This document shows, one piece after another, positions 53,934 through 64,000 of a stretch of DNA of 64,000 nucleotides (positions within the stretch are counted from its first letter, which is position 1; each line of letters begins with the position of its first letter). Both the position numbers and the translations under genes were made by a program. Where the stretch lies: the NCBI RefSeq assembly GCF_001194135.2, contig NC_068983.1, positions 28,937,027 to 29,001,026 on the forward strand, read 5' to 3'. The notes below the pieces were generated by a model. That model searched no databases. It had not been told where the DNA came from and worked only from the letters and a program-made list of their open reading frames with translations. The DNA is from Octopus bimaculoides. Taxonomy: Eukaryota.

Positions 53934-54813
53934 NNNNNNNNNNNNNNNNNNNNNNNNNNNNNNNNNNNNNNNNNNNNNNNNNNNNNNNNNNNNNNNNNNN
54001 NNNNNNNNNNNNNNNNNNNNNNNNNNNNNNNNNNNNNNNNNNNNNNNNNNNNNNNNNNNNNNNNNNNNNNNNNNNNNNNNNNNNNNNNNNNNNNNNNNNN
54101 NNNNNNNNNNNNNNNNNNNNNNNNNNNNNNNNNNNNNNNNNNNNNNNNNNNNNNNNNNNNNNNNNNNNNNNNNNNNNNNNNNNNNNNNNNNNNNNNNNNN
54201 NNNNNNNNNNNNNNNNNNNNNNNNNNNNNNNNNNNNNNNNNNNNNNNNNNNNNNNNNNNNNNNNNNNNNNNNNNNNNNNNNNNNNNNNNNNNNNNNNNNN
54301 NNNNNNNNNNNNNNNNNNNNNNNNNNNNNNNNNNNNNNNNNNNNNNNNNNNNNNNNNNNNNNNNNNNNNNNNNNNNNNNNNNNNNNNNNNNNNNNNNNNN
54401 NNNNNNNNNNNNNNNNNNNNNNNNNNNNNNNNNNNNNNNNNNNNNNNNNNNNNNNNNNNNNNNNNNNNNNNNNNNNNNNNNNNNNNNNNNNNNNNNNNNN
54501 NNNNNNNNNNNNNNNNNNNNNNNNNNNNNNNNNNNNNNNNNNNNNNNNNNNNNNNNNNNNNNNNNNNNNNNNNNNNNNNNNNNNNNNNNNNNNNNNNNNN
54601 NNNNNNNNNNNNNNNNNNNNNNNNNNNNNNNNNNNNNNNNNNNNNNNNNNNNNNNNNNNNNNNNNNNNNNNNNNNNNNNNNNNNNNNNNNNNNNNNNNNN
54701 NNNNNNNNNNNNNNNNNNNNNNNNNNNNNNNNNNNNNNNNNNNNNNNNNNNNNNNNNNNNNNNNNNNNNNNNNNNNNNNNNNNNNNNNNNNNNNNNNNNN
54801 NNNNNNNNNNNNN

Positions 54814-54873
<60 letters not shown>

Positions 54874-55189
54874 TATACAAACATATATATACATATATAT
54901 GTACATATATATACACATATACATATACACACACATATATACATATACACATACATACACAACAACACACACACACATACACACACGCATACAAGCAAAC
55001 AAGTGTGTTGGTACACATGCACATATATTCTCCAGTCATCTACATATGTCCTATTTTTACACTCAGAAAAACAGCATACACAGATTCAAATATATTACAA
55101 AATTTATATGTCAAGACTTTCATTGCATGTAGTCACATTTAGAATGCCTCAAAGCTTATAGGCACTGCCCTAAATGTACAATTAAAAAA

Positions 55190-55745
55190 ACTATCCTAAT
55201 CATAGTTATAGAAACAATGCTAATTAAAGGAACTGTCCTAATTATAGTTATAGAAACACTGTTAATTATAAAAACTGTCCTAATCATAGAATTATAGAAC
55301 TTTCCTAATTATTGAATTATAAAAGCTCCCATTTTAGAATTCAAGAAAATGTTCTAACTATAAAAACAGCCCTAGTTATAGAATTATAGAAATTGTTCTA
55401 ATTATAGATGTATAGAAATTGCCTTAATTACAGATAGAATGCTTGAAAGCTTATAGAAACTCTTCTAATTATAGAATTGGTAAAACTGTCCTAATCATAG
55501 TTATTGAAACAGTGTTAATTAAAGGAATTGTCTCAGCTATAGTTATAGAAATATTACTACTTACAGAAACTATTCTAATCATAGTTATAAAACTTAATCA
55601 CTGAATTATGAAAGCTCCAATTTTAGAATTCGAGAAAATGTCCAAACTGTAAAAATGGTTGTAACTATACAATTATAGAAATTGTTCTAATTATAGGGGT
55701 ATACAAATTGCCTTAATTACAGATACTGTCCTAATTTTAGAAGTA
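55190..55745. repeat. Diverged dimer of about 295 bp built from CTAATTATAG(A)/TTATAGAAA subunits
   Basis: 55193-55487 aligns with 55488-55740, e.g. AAAGCTCCCATTTTAGAATTCAAGAAAATGT vs AAAGCTCCAATTTTAGAATTCGAGAAAATGT. Confidence 0.75.
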
Positions 55746-55779
55746 CAGAAACAATCCATCCATCTGTCTTCTCCACCCA

Positions 55780-56150
55780 CTAGTCCTGAAGGGGTTGTGG
55801 GGTAAAATCCTCAGGCTTCTTCTCTAAAGAATTCTATCAGAAGCAACACTCATTAAACTTTCCAACTGGATTCCCAAGCATGACTAACTGAGACTATGGA
55901 TATTTTCCAACCATTTTGTTCTTTGGCAACTCTTAGGTCTCCTACTGGTTGGCTCAACTTAAAGAATTTGTCTTGTGATTCTTTCCTGCAACATTATAAT
56001 CACATTTCCATTGTGCTGGAACTGTAACCCTCCAATGCAGAGAAGCAGCAGCTCAACCTGGAGAGATTCTCTGATCTCCAAGCTACATACCTTGTCAAGT
56101 AACATTGCTCCAGAGATCCTTAAGAGGAACCCCATTTCAGCCCCTTGTTT
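55780..56150 (-). mobile_element. RTE-like LINE 3' end relic
   Basis: AEMGFLLRISGAMLLDKVCSLEIRESLQVELLLLCIGGLQFQHNGNVIIMLQERITRQIL, a typical RTE C-terminus. Confidence 0.7.
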
Positions 56151-58420
56151 CCGTGATTGTAGTTGGTCGACTTCCCCTTTCATCCTTTCAGGGTCAATAA
56201 AATAAGTATCAGTTGAGTACTGGGGTCGATGTAATCGACTATCTCCCTCCCCCAAATTTCAGGCCTTGTGCCTATAGTAGAAATGGATCATTTGACATTC
56301 GTGACAATAAAGTGGGGTGGATAGGTACAAAAACTGAACTGAAGATAGTGAATCCGGCATTTTTGTCAACCTCTCCTCTTCTGAGGATTGAATGCTGGGG
56401 TCTTATGCTCCAGCATGGCCACAGTCAAAAGACTGAAACAAGTAAAAGAGTAAAGAGTAAAAAGTATATATATAATTATATTTCAGCCATAAGTTGATGC
56501 CACCCCACTGTCTAGGTGAGCAGAACATTGGTTGCTTTTTCGGTTGAGGTGTGCTCCTGTAACCTTGTATCCATCTACCAAATCAGCTCACAAGGCTTTG
56601 GTTATCCCAAAGCTAAAGTAGGAGAAACTTGCCCACAGTAACATACAGTGGAACTGAACTTGAAACTAAGTGGTTAGGAAGCAAGCTTTTTACCACACAG
56701 CCATGCCTGCACCTATGGTAAACAAACCTTCCATAAATGAAAATTGATAAAACAAGTGCCAGACCGATATAAATAAATGTGGTCAATATAATCTAATTGT
56801 CTATAATCCTTAAAGACACTGCTCTAGTATGACCATGACCCAATGACAGAAAATCAGTAAAAGAACTGAAGAATATCTATAGTTTATAAATATAAATACA
56901 AATACACAAATTAGCTCATATGCACATGTTAATGTCTCCGAGGTAATATATAATAATAGATACAATTAATTTGTTCCATGATAGAAAGCAAAAAAAACAA
57001 ACATTATTCAGTTCCAATACAAAAAAAAATATATTTATATGATATTTAGATGAGGGGAACATAAAAAGTATGTATTACAAAATATTTTAAATAAAAGACA
57101 CGCAAGTCTTGTTTTAGTTCTTCCAAATATCGACAGTCAACATGCAATAGGAACCTCAATGCAAATAATGAAGATGATATAGTTTGTTCTAATGCAAATA
57201 CTGCTAGTGAAAGGTCATAGCAAGCAGCATCATATATCATCGCCATTACGATGTAATCAATGAATGCCTTGCGATTACATTAGACTTTCTTTTTTCTTTT
57301 TATATTATTTTCTTTGCTGTTTTCAGCTTGGTATTTTTTTTATTCATTTACATATGTATTGTGCTGCCTTGTGGTATATGTATGAAATATAATGCATTCT
57401 TCAATTAATTTCTGTTACAACACTGTTTTCAGGGAATTATTATTATTATTATTATTGTTGTTGTTGTTGTTGTTGTTATTATTGTCGTGTTTGAAATATT
57501 AATTAAGTAGCATGCGTTCCTAGAGTTTAATTCTTTAAGCATTCACGCATTTAGCCAAAAACATAAAAATAAGTATCAAAAGCAGAAAACAATAAAAAAA
57601 AAAAGAAATCCTTTCAGGGGGTTTCACTTTCAAAGTTATGACTAATTCTTCTATCAAATTATTTATACAAATTCAAACATCAAAATAAATATAAAATTAT
57701 CTACATTCAATGCTTGTCTTCTCATGTTTGAATTTACATGCACAAACACGCACACTCATACACACATACATACATACACATACATATAGTTTTAAGTATA
57801 TGTGATTTTGTTTTATGATGCAGTGAGTGTTGTTGTACATCTATAGATAGATTTTATACTATTTGTATGTACTTCAGGACAAGTTATTTGAATTTGCTTA
57901 CTGAGATATGTGGTGCATTGCTGTACTGAAAAAGACCTGCACACCACAACAGAATTGACATCACATAAAAAGCATTAGTGTGGGTGCTGATGCCACATAA
58001 AAAGCACTCGTGATGCTGCCATGTAAAAAGCATTGATGACGGTGAGACCTAGAACACTATGTAAAGTGGTTAGCATTAGAAAGGGCATCCAGCCATAGAA
58101 ACCAAACCAAAGCAGGCTATATATATTTATACATATATATATGATAGATCACTGACCACTACACATATATTTTTTTTTCTCCTTGTTTCTCTCCTTGTTT
58201 CTTACTCTTGAAGAGCGTAGGCTCGAAACGTTAAAGACATTCTCTGTTCCTGAGCGTTATACTAATACATCCATTTGTTGTTTACACTACCTGTCTTCGT
58301 CTGTTGTTTTTTCATGAATGCTCCCATATATATGTAGTAGGTTGAAAAGGAACACACGAGTTGATATATATGGAAAATAAAGTCAAAGTAGAAAATGCTA
58401 AAATAATTTTATAAAAAACC

Positions 58421-58466
58421 TTTCAGTACAGGTTTCAGTCATTGAGACTTTTTCAACTGTAAATAT
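58421..58466 (-). ncRNA. Minimal hammerhead-like motif, U3-A8 core variant (copy A)
   Basis: TTTACAG|TTGAAAA|AGTC-TCAAT-GACT|GAAA|CCTG|TA|CTGAAA, within a (TA)-adjacent repeat at about 58360-58497. Confidence 0.55.
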
Positions 58467-58496
58467 GGAAAACAATTAAATTTTGGAAAAATTAAA

Positions 58497-59027
58497 AGTG
58501 GCCTCACACTCAACACAGAAGCCTACATCAAGTGCCTGGAAGAGATAGTGCTGCCCCGGCTCAAGAGGGTGGCTGCTGAGAGACTCTATGTCTGGCAACA
58601 GGGTTCTGCACCATGCCACACAAGCAGGAGAACCCAGTCATGGTTGTCAGACAATTTCTGTGATCACACCACCCCTAACATCTGGCCACTGAACTCCCCA
58701 GACTACAACTCCCCTGATTATTATGTGTGGAGAATAGTTGAGTGAGAAACCAACAAAACTCCTTGTAACACCAAAGATGAACTGAAGGCAAGGATTATGG
58801 CAGCATTCATCAGCTTAAACAAGGAGACAGTCCAGAAGAGTTGCAGGAGGTTCTGATGTCATCTGGAGGCCGTGGTTGAAGCCCATGGCGATTTTATTCA
58901 ATAAATTAACTCTTTAGTACTTCAAGATATTTTTATGTAATTTTGGTAAACATACCTGTTAAAATGAGATGTTAGTGTTATTTTTATTTTTGTGTAATTT
59001 AGATGACTATTTATTCACCACACCCTG

Positions 59028-59029
<2 letters not shown>
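58497..59029 (+). mobile_element. Tc1/mariner DD37D (maT-type) transposase 3' fragment with right terminus
   Basis: GLTLNTEAYIKCLEEIVLPRLKRV...WQQ(G)SAPCH...WPLNSPDYNSPDYYVW...TKDELKARIMAAF...RF*CHLEAVVEAHGDFIQ. 37 residues lie between the (mutated) second and third catalytic positions; ends CACCCTG|TA. Confidence 0.85.
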
Positions 59030-59080
<51 letters not shown>

Positions 59081-59125
59081 AAAAAAGACAAAGTAGAAGA
59101 TGCTAAAATACTTTTATAAAGAACA

Positions 59126-59170
59126 TTACAGAACCAGTTTCGATCCTTGAGATCTTTTCAACAGTAAATA
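59126..59170 (-). ncRNA. Minimal hammerhead-like motif, U3-A8 core variant (copy B)
   Basis: TTTACTG|TTGAAAA|GATC-TCAAG-GATC|GAAA|CTGG|TT|CTGTAA, within a repeat at about 59070-59230. Confidence 0.55.
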
Positions 59171-60807
59171 TAAATAATAGATCTTTGAAAAATTATTGAA
59201 AAATTAAATTTTGGTAAATTTAAAAGAAAAGTCTTTTTAAAGACATATTTGTATAGTATTCAAGTAACAGCGACATTTTTCTTGCTTCTGCCTGTCTCTG
59301 TCTCACTATTTAACTCTTGTATGTCTATATATTCATACACATTCAACAAAAGCTGTAGTCATATTTTCAGGAATATTTTGTCATGAGAAAATACTTTAAA
59401 CACTGAGATGTACAATATCTTATGTTTCAGACCAGAACTAGACACTTACAATGGTTAAAAGATTTCTTTCTTTTTTTTTAAAGATTAGCTAAAGTAAACC
59501 TGAGTTATTAACTAATATTCCACACATTCCACACATAAATAAACGTTTCGTTTTATTGACATAAAAATAGATCACTTTAAATACACTTGTTTCAATAAAA
59601 GAAAGCGAAAATGATAGTAATTTGCTAAAGTCAGTCGTCCAACTGATATTCATAGCTTTTAGCAAGAGTTGGTTACTGGTGAACACTGTATTGATCAAAA
59701 GTAAATTACATCACTCAGCATAAAATGATGCCTTTGGGATTCACTTGGAATTCCGATTTATATGGATAGAATATACCATAGTAAAAATTACTCGTTCTGA
59801 GGATAAAAATTACAGTGATATGAAGAATATTGCTTTCTGACTATTAAACCAAAATTATCGTTGGAAATGTTTTCCAATTTTTGGAAAATAAGTCGATAAA
59901 ACACTGAACCTTATGAAGGAGATGACAGAGTACCAAGAAATGTGGTGTATTGCTGTACTTGAGAAGACCTGACCACCACAGTAGAATTGAGATTCTAATA
60001 TCAAGGTGCCGTGTAAAAAGAATTGGTGTGGGTGCTGGTGTTACATAAAAAGCACCCAGTAAACTATATGGAGTGGTTGGTATCATGAAAGGCATCCAGC
60101 CTAGAGACCAAACCAAGACAGAATATGGCACTTCGTGAGGCCTCTGGCTTTGGCAGTTCCTGTCAAGCTGTCCAACCCATGCCAGTATGGGAAACAGACA
60201 TTAAAATGATGATGATGATGATGATGACAACGATGACGATGATGACAACGATGACGACACCAACAATGACGATGATGATGATGATGACAATTTGGATGAT
60301 GATGATGAAAATTGTTGTGAAGTACACGCAGAAGCTGTATTTTCATTTAATGTACTTCTGCAATGTGTTTCATATAATGAAAATTCTATTTGTTACAAAG
60401 TGTGTCAGAAAATTTATTCAAGTAGACTTGAAACGTAATTCATTGCACTCACATTCTGACAAAAGGAAACTCCTCAGAGAAGTTAAATAGATTGAGAAGT
60501 ATTAGTAGAATTCAGTAAGAAATTGAATATATAAGATATATAGTCTGGATTTTCAATTCAATTTAATACACTTTATTTTCATTAGACTTACACAAAAATT
60601 TCTATTTACTGGTTATATATTTATGTATTTGATGTATTTATTAAGTTTTATATCAGAATTCTTTATGAAATAACCATTTCTTTATTTGTAATACTACCAC
60701 TGTTCTTTGTAAATAGACAATTATAGTTTTGTTGAAGATTATGTCTGCTAATTTAGATAAAACTTCAAGGAAAATTAACCTAATTTTTTTCCCCTAATTC
60801 TAAAACT

Positions 60808-61030
60808 CCCTTTGGTCATGAATGACCATAGGATTGCACCTGGAGAGTTTCCTCAGAGGCACAAATCCAGGCAAGGTTGTTTATGGAAGGCCAGCAGTTG
60901 CCCATGCATACCAGCCTCCCCTCTCCATACCACTGATGTTATCCAAGGGAAAGGCAAAGGCCAATACAGCTTGGCACCAGTGACATTGCAACTCATTTCT
61001 ACAGCTGAGTGAACTGAAGCAAAGATAGTA
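60808..61030 (-). mobile_element. SINE-like repeat 3' part ending in a GGTCATTCATGACC hairpin
   Basis: GC-richer segment with a terminal stem-loop; family assignment from recall only. Confidence 0.4.
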
Positions 61031-61211
61031 GGGAGTGATTTGATGGAGATACAATTTGGTTACTATTTCATGGAGATGTTTGAAAGGAAAGGAACTCAGC
61101 CATTTTGCTTTTGTAAGGCCCAACACTCAAAAGGAACTCAGCCATTTTGCCTCTGTGAGGCAAATTTTAATAATGAAGTCAAACCAAATAACTATTTACT
61201 TTGATCTCATC

Positions 61212-61406
61212 CAGTTCTATATTTAAGAGATGAGGAATTATGTACATTATTTACATTTGATGAATATTTGTCCTCATCTTGTTTGTTGTTAACACAACAT
61301 TTTGGCTGATATACTCTCTAGCCTTCATCAGGTTTCTTGGGGAAATTTCCAACCTGGGTTCTCACTCCTAAGGTATTTTTTGATGTTGTTGTTGTTGTTG
61401 TTGTTG

Positions 61407-61454
<48 letters not shown>

Positions 61455-61530
61455 TCGCTGCCTGGAATTGAACTTGGAATCTTGGGGTTAGTAGCCCACA
61501 CTCTTAACGACTATGCCATATGCCTACGGG
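61212..61530 (-). mobile_element. tRNA-Arg-like-headed SINE with (AAT/AAC)n linker and hammerhead-like tail
   Basis: Minus head GGCATATGGCATAGTCGTTAAGAGTGTGGGCTACTAACCCCAAGATTCCAAGTTCAATTCCAGGC resembles tRNA-Arg(ACG) CTAC...AAGATTCCAGGTTCGACTCCTGGC; tail has CTGATGA-A-GGCT..AGCC-AAAA-TGTT-GTGTT. Confidence 0.65.
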
Positions 61531-62264
61531 TGACCTGAATAATAATAATAATAATAATAATAACAACATCAAAAAATACCTTAGGAATGAGAACCCAGGT
61601 TGGAAATTTCCCCAAGACACCTGATGAAGGCTGGAGAGTATATCATTGTGTTAACAACAAACAAGATGGGGACAAATATCCATCAAATGTAAACAATGTA
61701 AATAATGTTTGATTTCATTATAAGGTAAAAAGCTTTGTGAGATGAGGTTCAAGCAACTGAGATTTAAGTGTTAAGAAAACAAAGAACAGAGAGTTGTGGC
61801 AGGACATGATCACCTAAATAAGAAGAAAGAAGGTGTTGTGTTTGAGAGATCGTCTCAAACACAACACATTACCAAAAGTATTGGTTACTTGTCATTGCCT
61901 CCATGAGGCCCAAAGTTTGAAGGGGGATTTTTATGTGCCACCAGCATAAGTGCCAGTTATGCAACACTGGCATTGACCATGATTGCAATTTCACTTGACC
62001 TGACAGGTTGGGCATCAGGTGAATTGCTAGGGAAGTAAACAGTTAAATCAGACCTGCTCTTGCCCAAGTTGTTGGCACTTCCCCTGTATATGATCTTCAA
62101 AGGTACCAACATATTTATCTTCCAAAAATGAAAAAACAATATTAAAAAGGGATTTTTTACTGCAACAGCTCTAAGAAATGTTTATATGACATCTAATCAA
62201 AAGCCAGGGTGTGTGTTTGTTATGTTTTGTTTTGTCTTTTTTCCACACACAGTTCACCCACTTG

Positions 62265-62410
62265 TAGAATGTATTCTGTCTTAGAATGTATTCTGTCTTA
62301 GAATGTATTCTGTCTTAGAATGTATTCTGTCTTAGAATGTATTCTGTCTTAGAATGTATTCTGTCTTAGAATGTATTCTGTCTTAGAATGTATTCTGTCT
62401 TAGAATGTAT
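62265..62410. repeat. 17-bp perfect minisatellite, 8.6 copies (TAGAATGTATTCTGTCT)
   Basis: Directly visible; no spacers. Confidence 0.95.
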
Positions 62411-63887
62411 ATTCAGTTACAGCTGATTTATAGATAATCCATATGATTTTCTCTATATTTTAACTATGGAGTAGTAGAAGCCATTATTCATTGATTTTTA
62501 AATGTGCTGCATACAGTGAAGCTATATATATATATATATATATATATTTAGTCCCTATCCCCTGCTCTAGATGGGATGTGTAGCTGTGTGCACAATTGTT
62601 ATCTGAAGAATATAAGGAAGCACAAATATAGTTATGTGGTTAAGAAGTTTACTTTACAAAGCACATGGTTTTGGGTTCAGTCCCACAGCATAGTCCCTTG
62701 GGCGAGTGTCCTGTACTGTGGCTCACTGAGAAGACTATTGCCTTGTGAGTGAATCTCATAGACAGAAACTGTGCAGAAGGTGTTGTGTACATATACATAT
62801 ACATACATATATGCATGCATGTATATATACATACATGCACATATGCATGCATGGTTACCTACATAAATACATGCATGTATATATGTGTGTAAGTAAGTAT
62901 GTATGTATGTATGTATGTATGTATATATGTATGTATGTGTGTATGTATGTATGCATGTATGTATGTATGCATGTATATATGTATGAGTATGTATGTATAT
63001 TTAGATATGTTTAAAATCAATTTATAAAAAATTAAAATTAAATTGAGCCTTTACTTTATATTATACTCATTTATTGTGCTTTTAATTATTAATTTTTCTA
63101 TATGTGATAGTGGATTTTCATCGATGAGTTCTTGAAAATTGGCTATTTTCCCTAAAACTATATATATATATATATATAAATTCAAATTACGACAAACGTA
63201 AATAAACGAAGTTTGCTTTTAGAAGTGAGCCACCTACACTTTTCTCTGCAAAATAGGGGTAGCTTATCCTGTTCAGACTATATTATTAGCATTATTCTGC
63301 GATTGAGAATATATATGACTAGCTGATGTACCTGGTAATTCCTGGGGAAGCAGGGCTTATCCCTCATAATTGTTTCGCTACTCTAATAACAACAATACAA
63401 AGAATGTAGCTCTTGAAACGGTTTTTGTGCATTTACAGAGAATACCAAACTGTCTTACACAGGATCTAATTTTTAGGAATTCCCAATAAATTATGAATAT
63501 CCAAATTGTGAAGTCAGTAATGTAAGAACATGAAATTAGTTACCTGATAGTAAGAATTCAAATAAAGTAGCCCCAAAAAGGGCTTTAATGCATTCCAAGA
63601 GTATATAGAACTTAGGAGGAAATACCAATAAGGTATGTATACTTAAATCGTAAAGCATGTTACATAATAATTGGCTAATCAGATATGAAATGATAACAAT
63701 TCAAAGTAAATAACTCTGAAAAGGGCTGTTGTGTGTTCCCAGAGAATATTACTCTCAGCGGTACCAATGTTGGTATATTCATGAATAAGTCACTAACCGA
63801 AATAAGTGGATCTATTGTTTAGGAAAATACTATTTACTTGCTTAAGGGTTGTACGGGATAAATTGTGAAAATAACCCTGTTGTTGTT

Positions 63888-64000
63888 GTTGGCACTCCGT
63901 CGCTTAACGTGCAAGTGGCTGAGCACTCCACAGACACGTGTACCCTTAACGTAGTTCTCGGGGATATTCAGCGTGACACAAAGTGACAAGGCTGGCCCTT
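63888..64000 (-). mobile_element. SINE family B 3' end (runs off window)
   Basis: (TTG)n followed by the reverse complement of 27720-27900. Confidence 0.8.

Noticed and set aside
53865-55142. Longest ORFs in the track (380-425 aa), also at 13.8, 29.9 and 45.3 kb
   Set aside because: Made of N gaps and (TA)n/(CA)n translations.
57046-57285. 66-78 aa minus-strand ORF (MAMIYDAACYDL...) in a CpG-retaining patch
   Set aside because: No recognisable motif and no acceptor pyrimidine tract on that strand; the length is reachable by chance.
60812-60905. HDV-like ribozyme features on the minus strand (GGGCAA/TTGCCT P1 with G-U, TTCC...GG P1.1, CAA)
   Set aside because: No P2 partner could be found, P3 is mismatched in this copy and L3 is too long; the fold cannot be completed by eye.
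61457-61531. Possible genuine tRNA gene (also SINE A, B and C heads)
   Set aside because: Acceptor and anticodon stems do not pair properly and each is fused to a repeat body; these are tRNA-derived SINE heads.

Overview
Eukaryotic, AT-rich, microsatellite-dense DNA from a gapped draft assembly. The repeat families suggest an octopus or related cephalopod (inference). No intact host protein-coding gene, true tRNA, rRNA or CRISPR array can be supported. Most ORFs in the track are translations of microsatellites or N gaps, or antisense shadows of transposon relics. The window contains many tRNA-headed SINEs of three families, a non-autonomous repeat with an RTE-like tail, and hAT- and piggyBac-type MITEs. 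It also holds decayed autonomous elements: an L1/Tx1-like ORF1 with a CCHC knuckle at the left edge, a pogo/Tigger transposase, mariner and DD37D (maT-type) fragments, an R4/Dong-type RT fragment, several RTE 3' ends and a 2.2 kb RTE-clade LINE. The most notable unexplained signal is four unrelated short repeat families, each next to (TA)n or (TAA)n, that each fold into a minimal type I hammerhead-ribozyme-like motif of the Penelope-associated kind. One pair has a U3-A8 core variant and two compensatory changes in stem II, arranged as direct repeats 705 nt apart. Another motif is the tail of a tRNA-Arg-like SINE with an inverted 5' duplication. All folds and similarities were judged by eye, activity is untested, and repeat boundaries are approximate.
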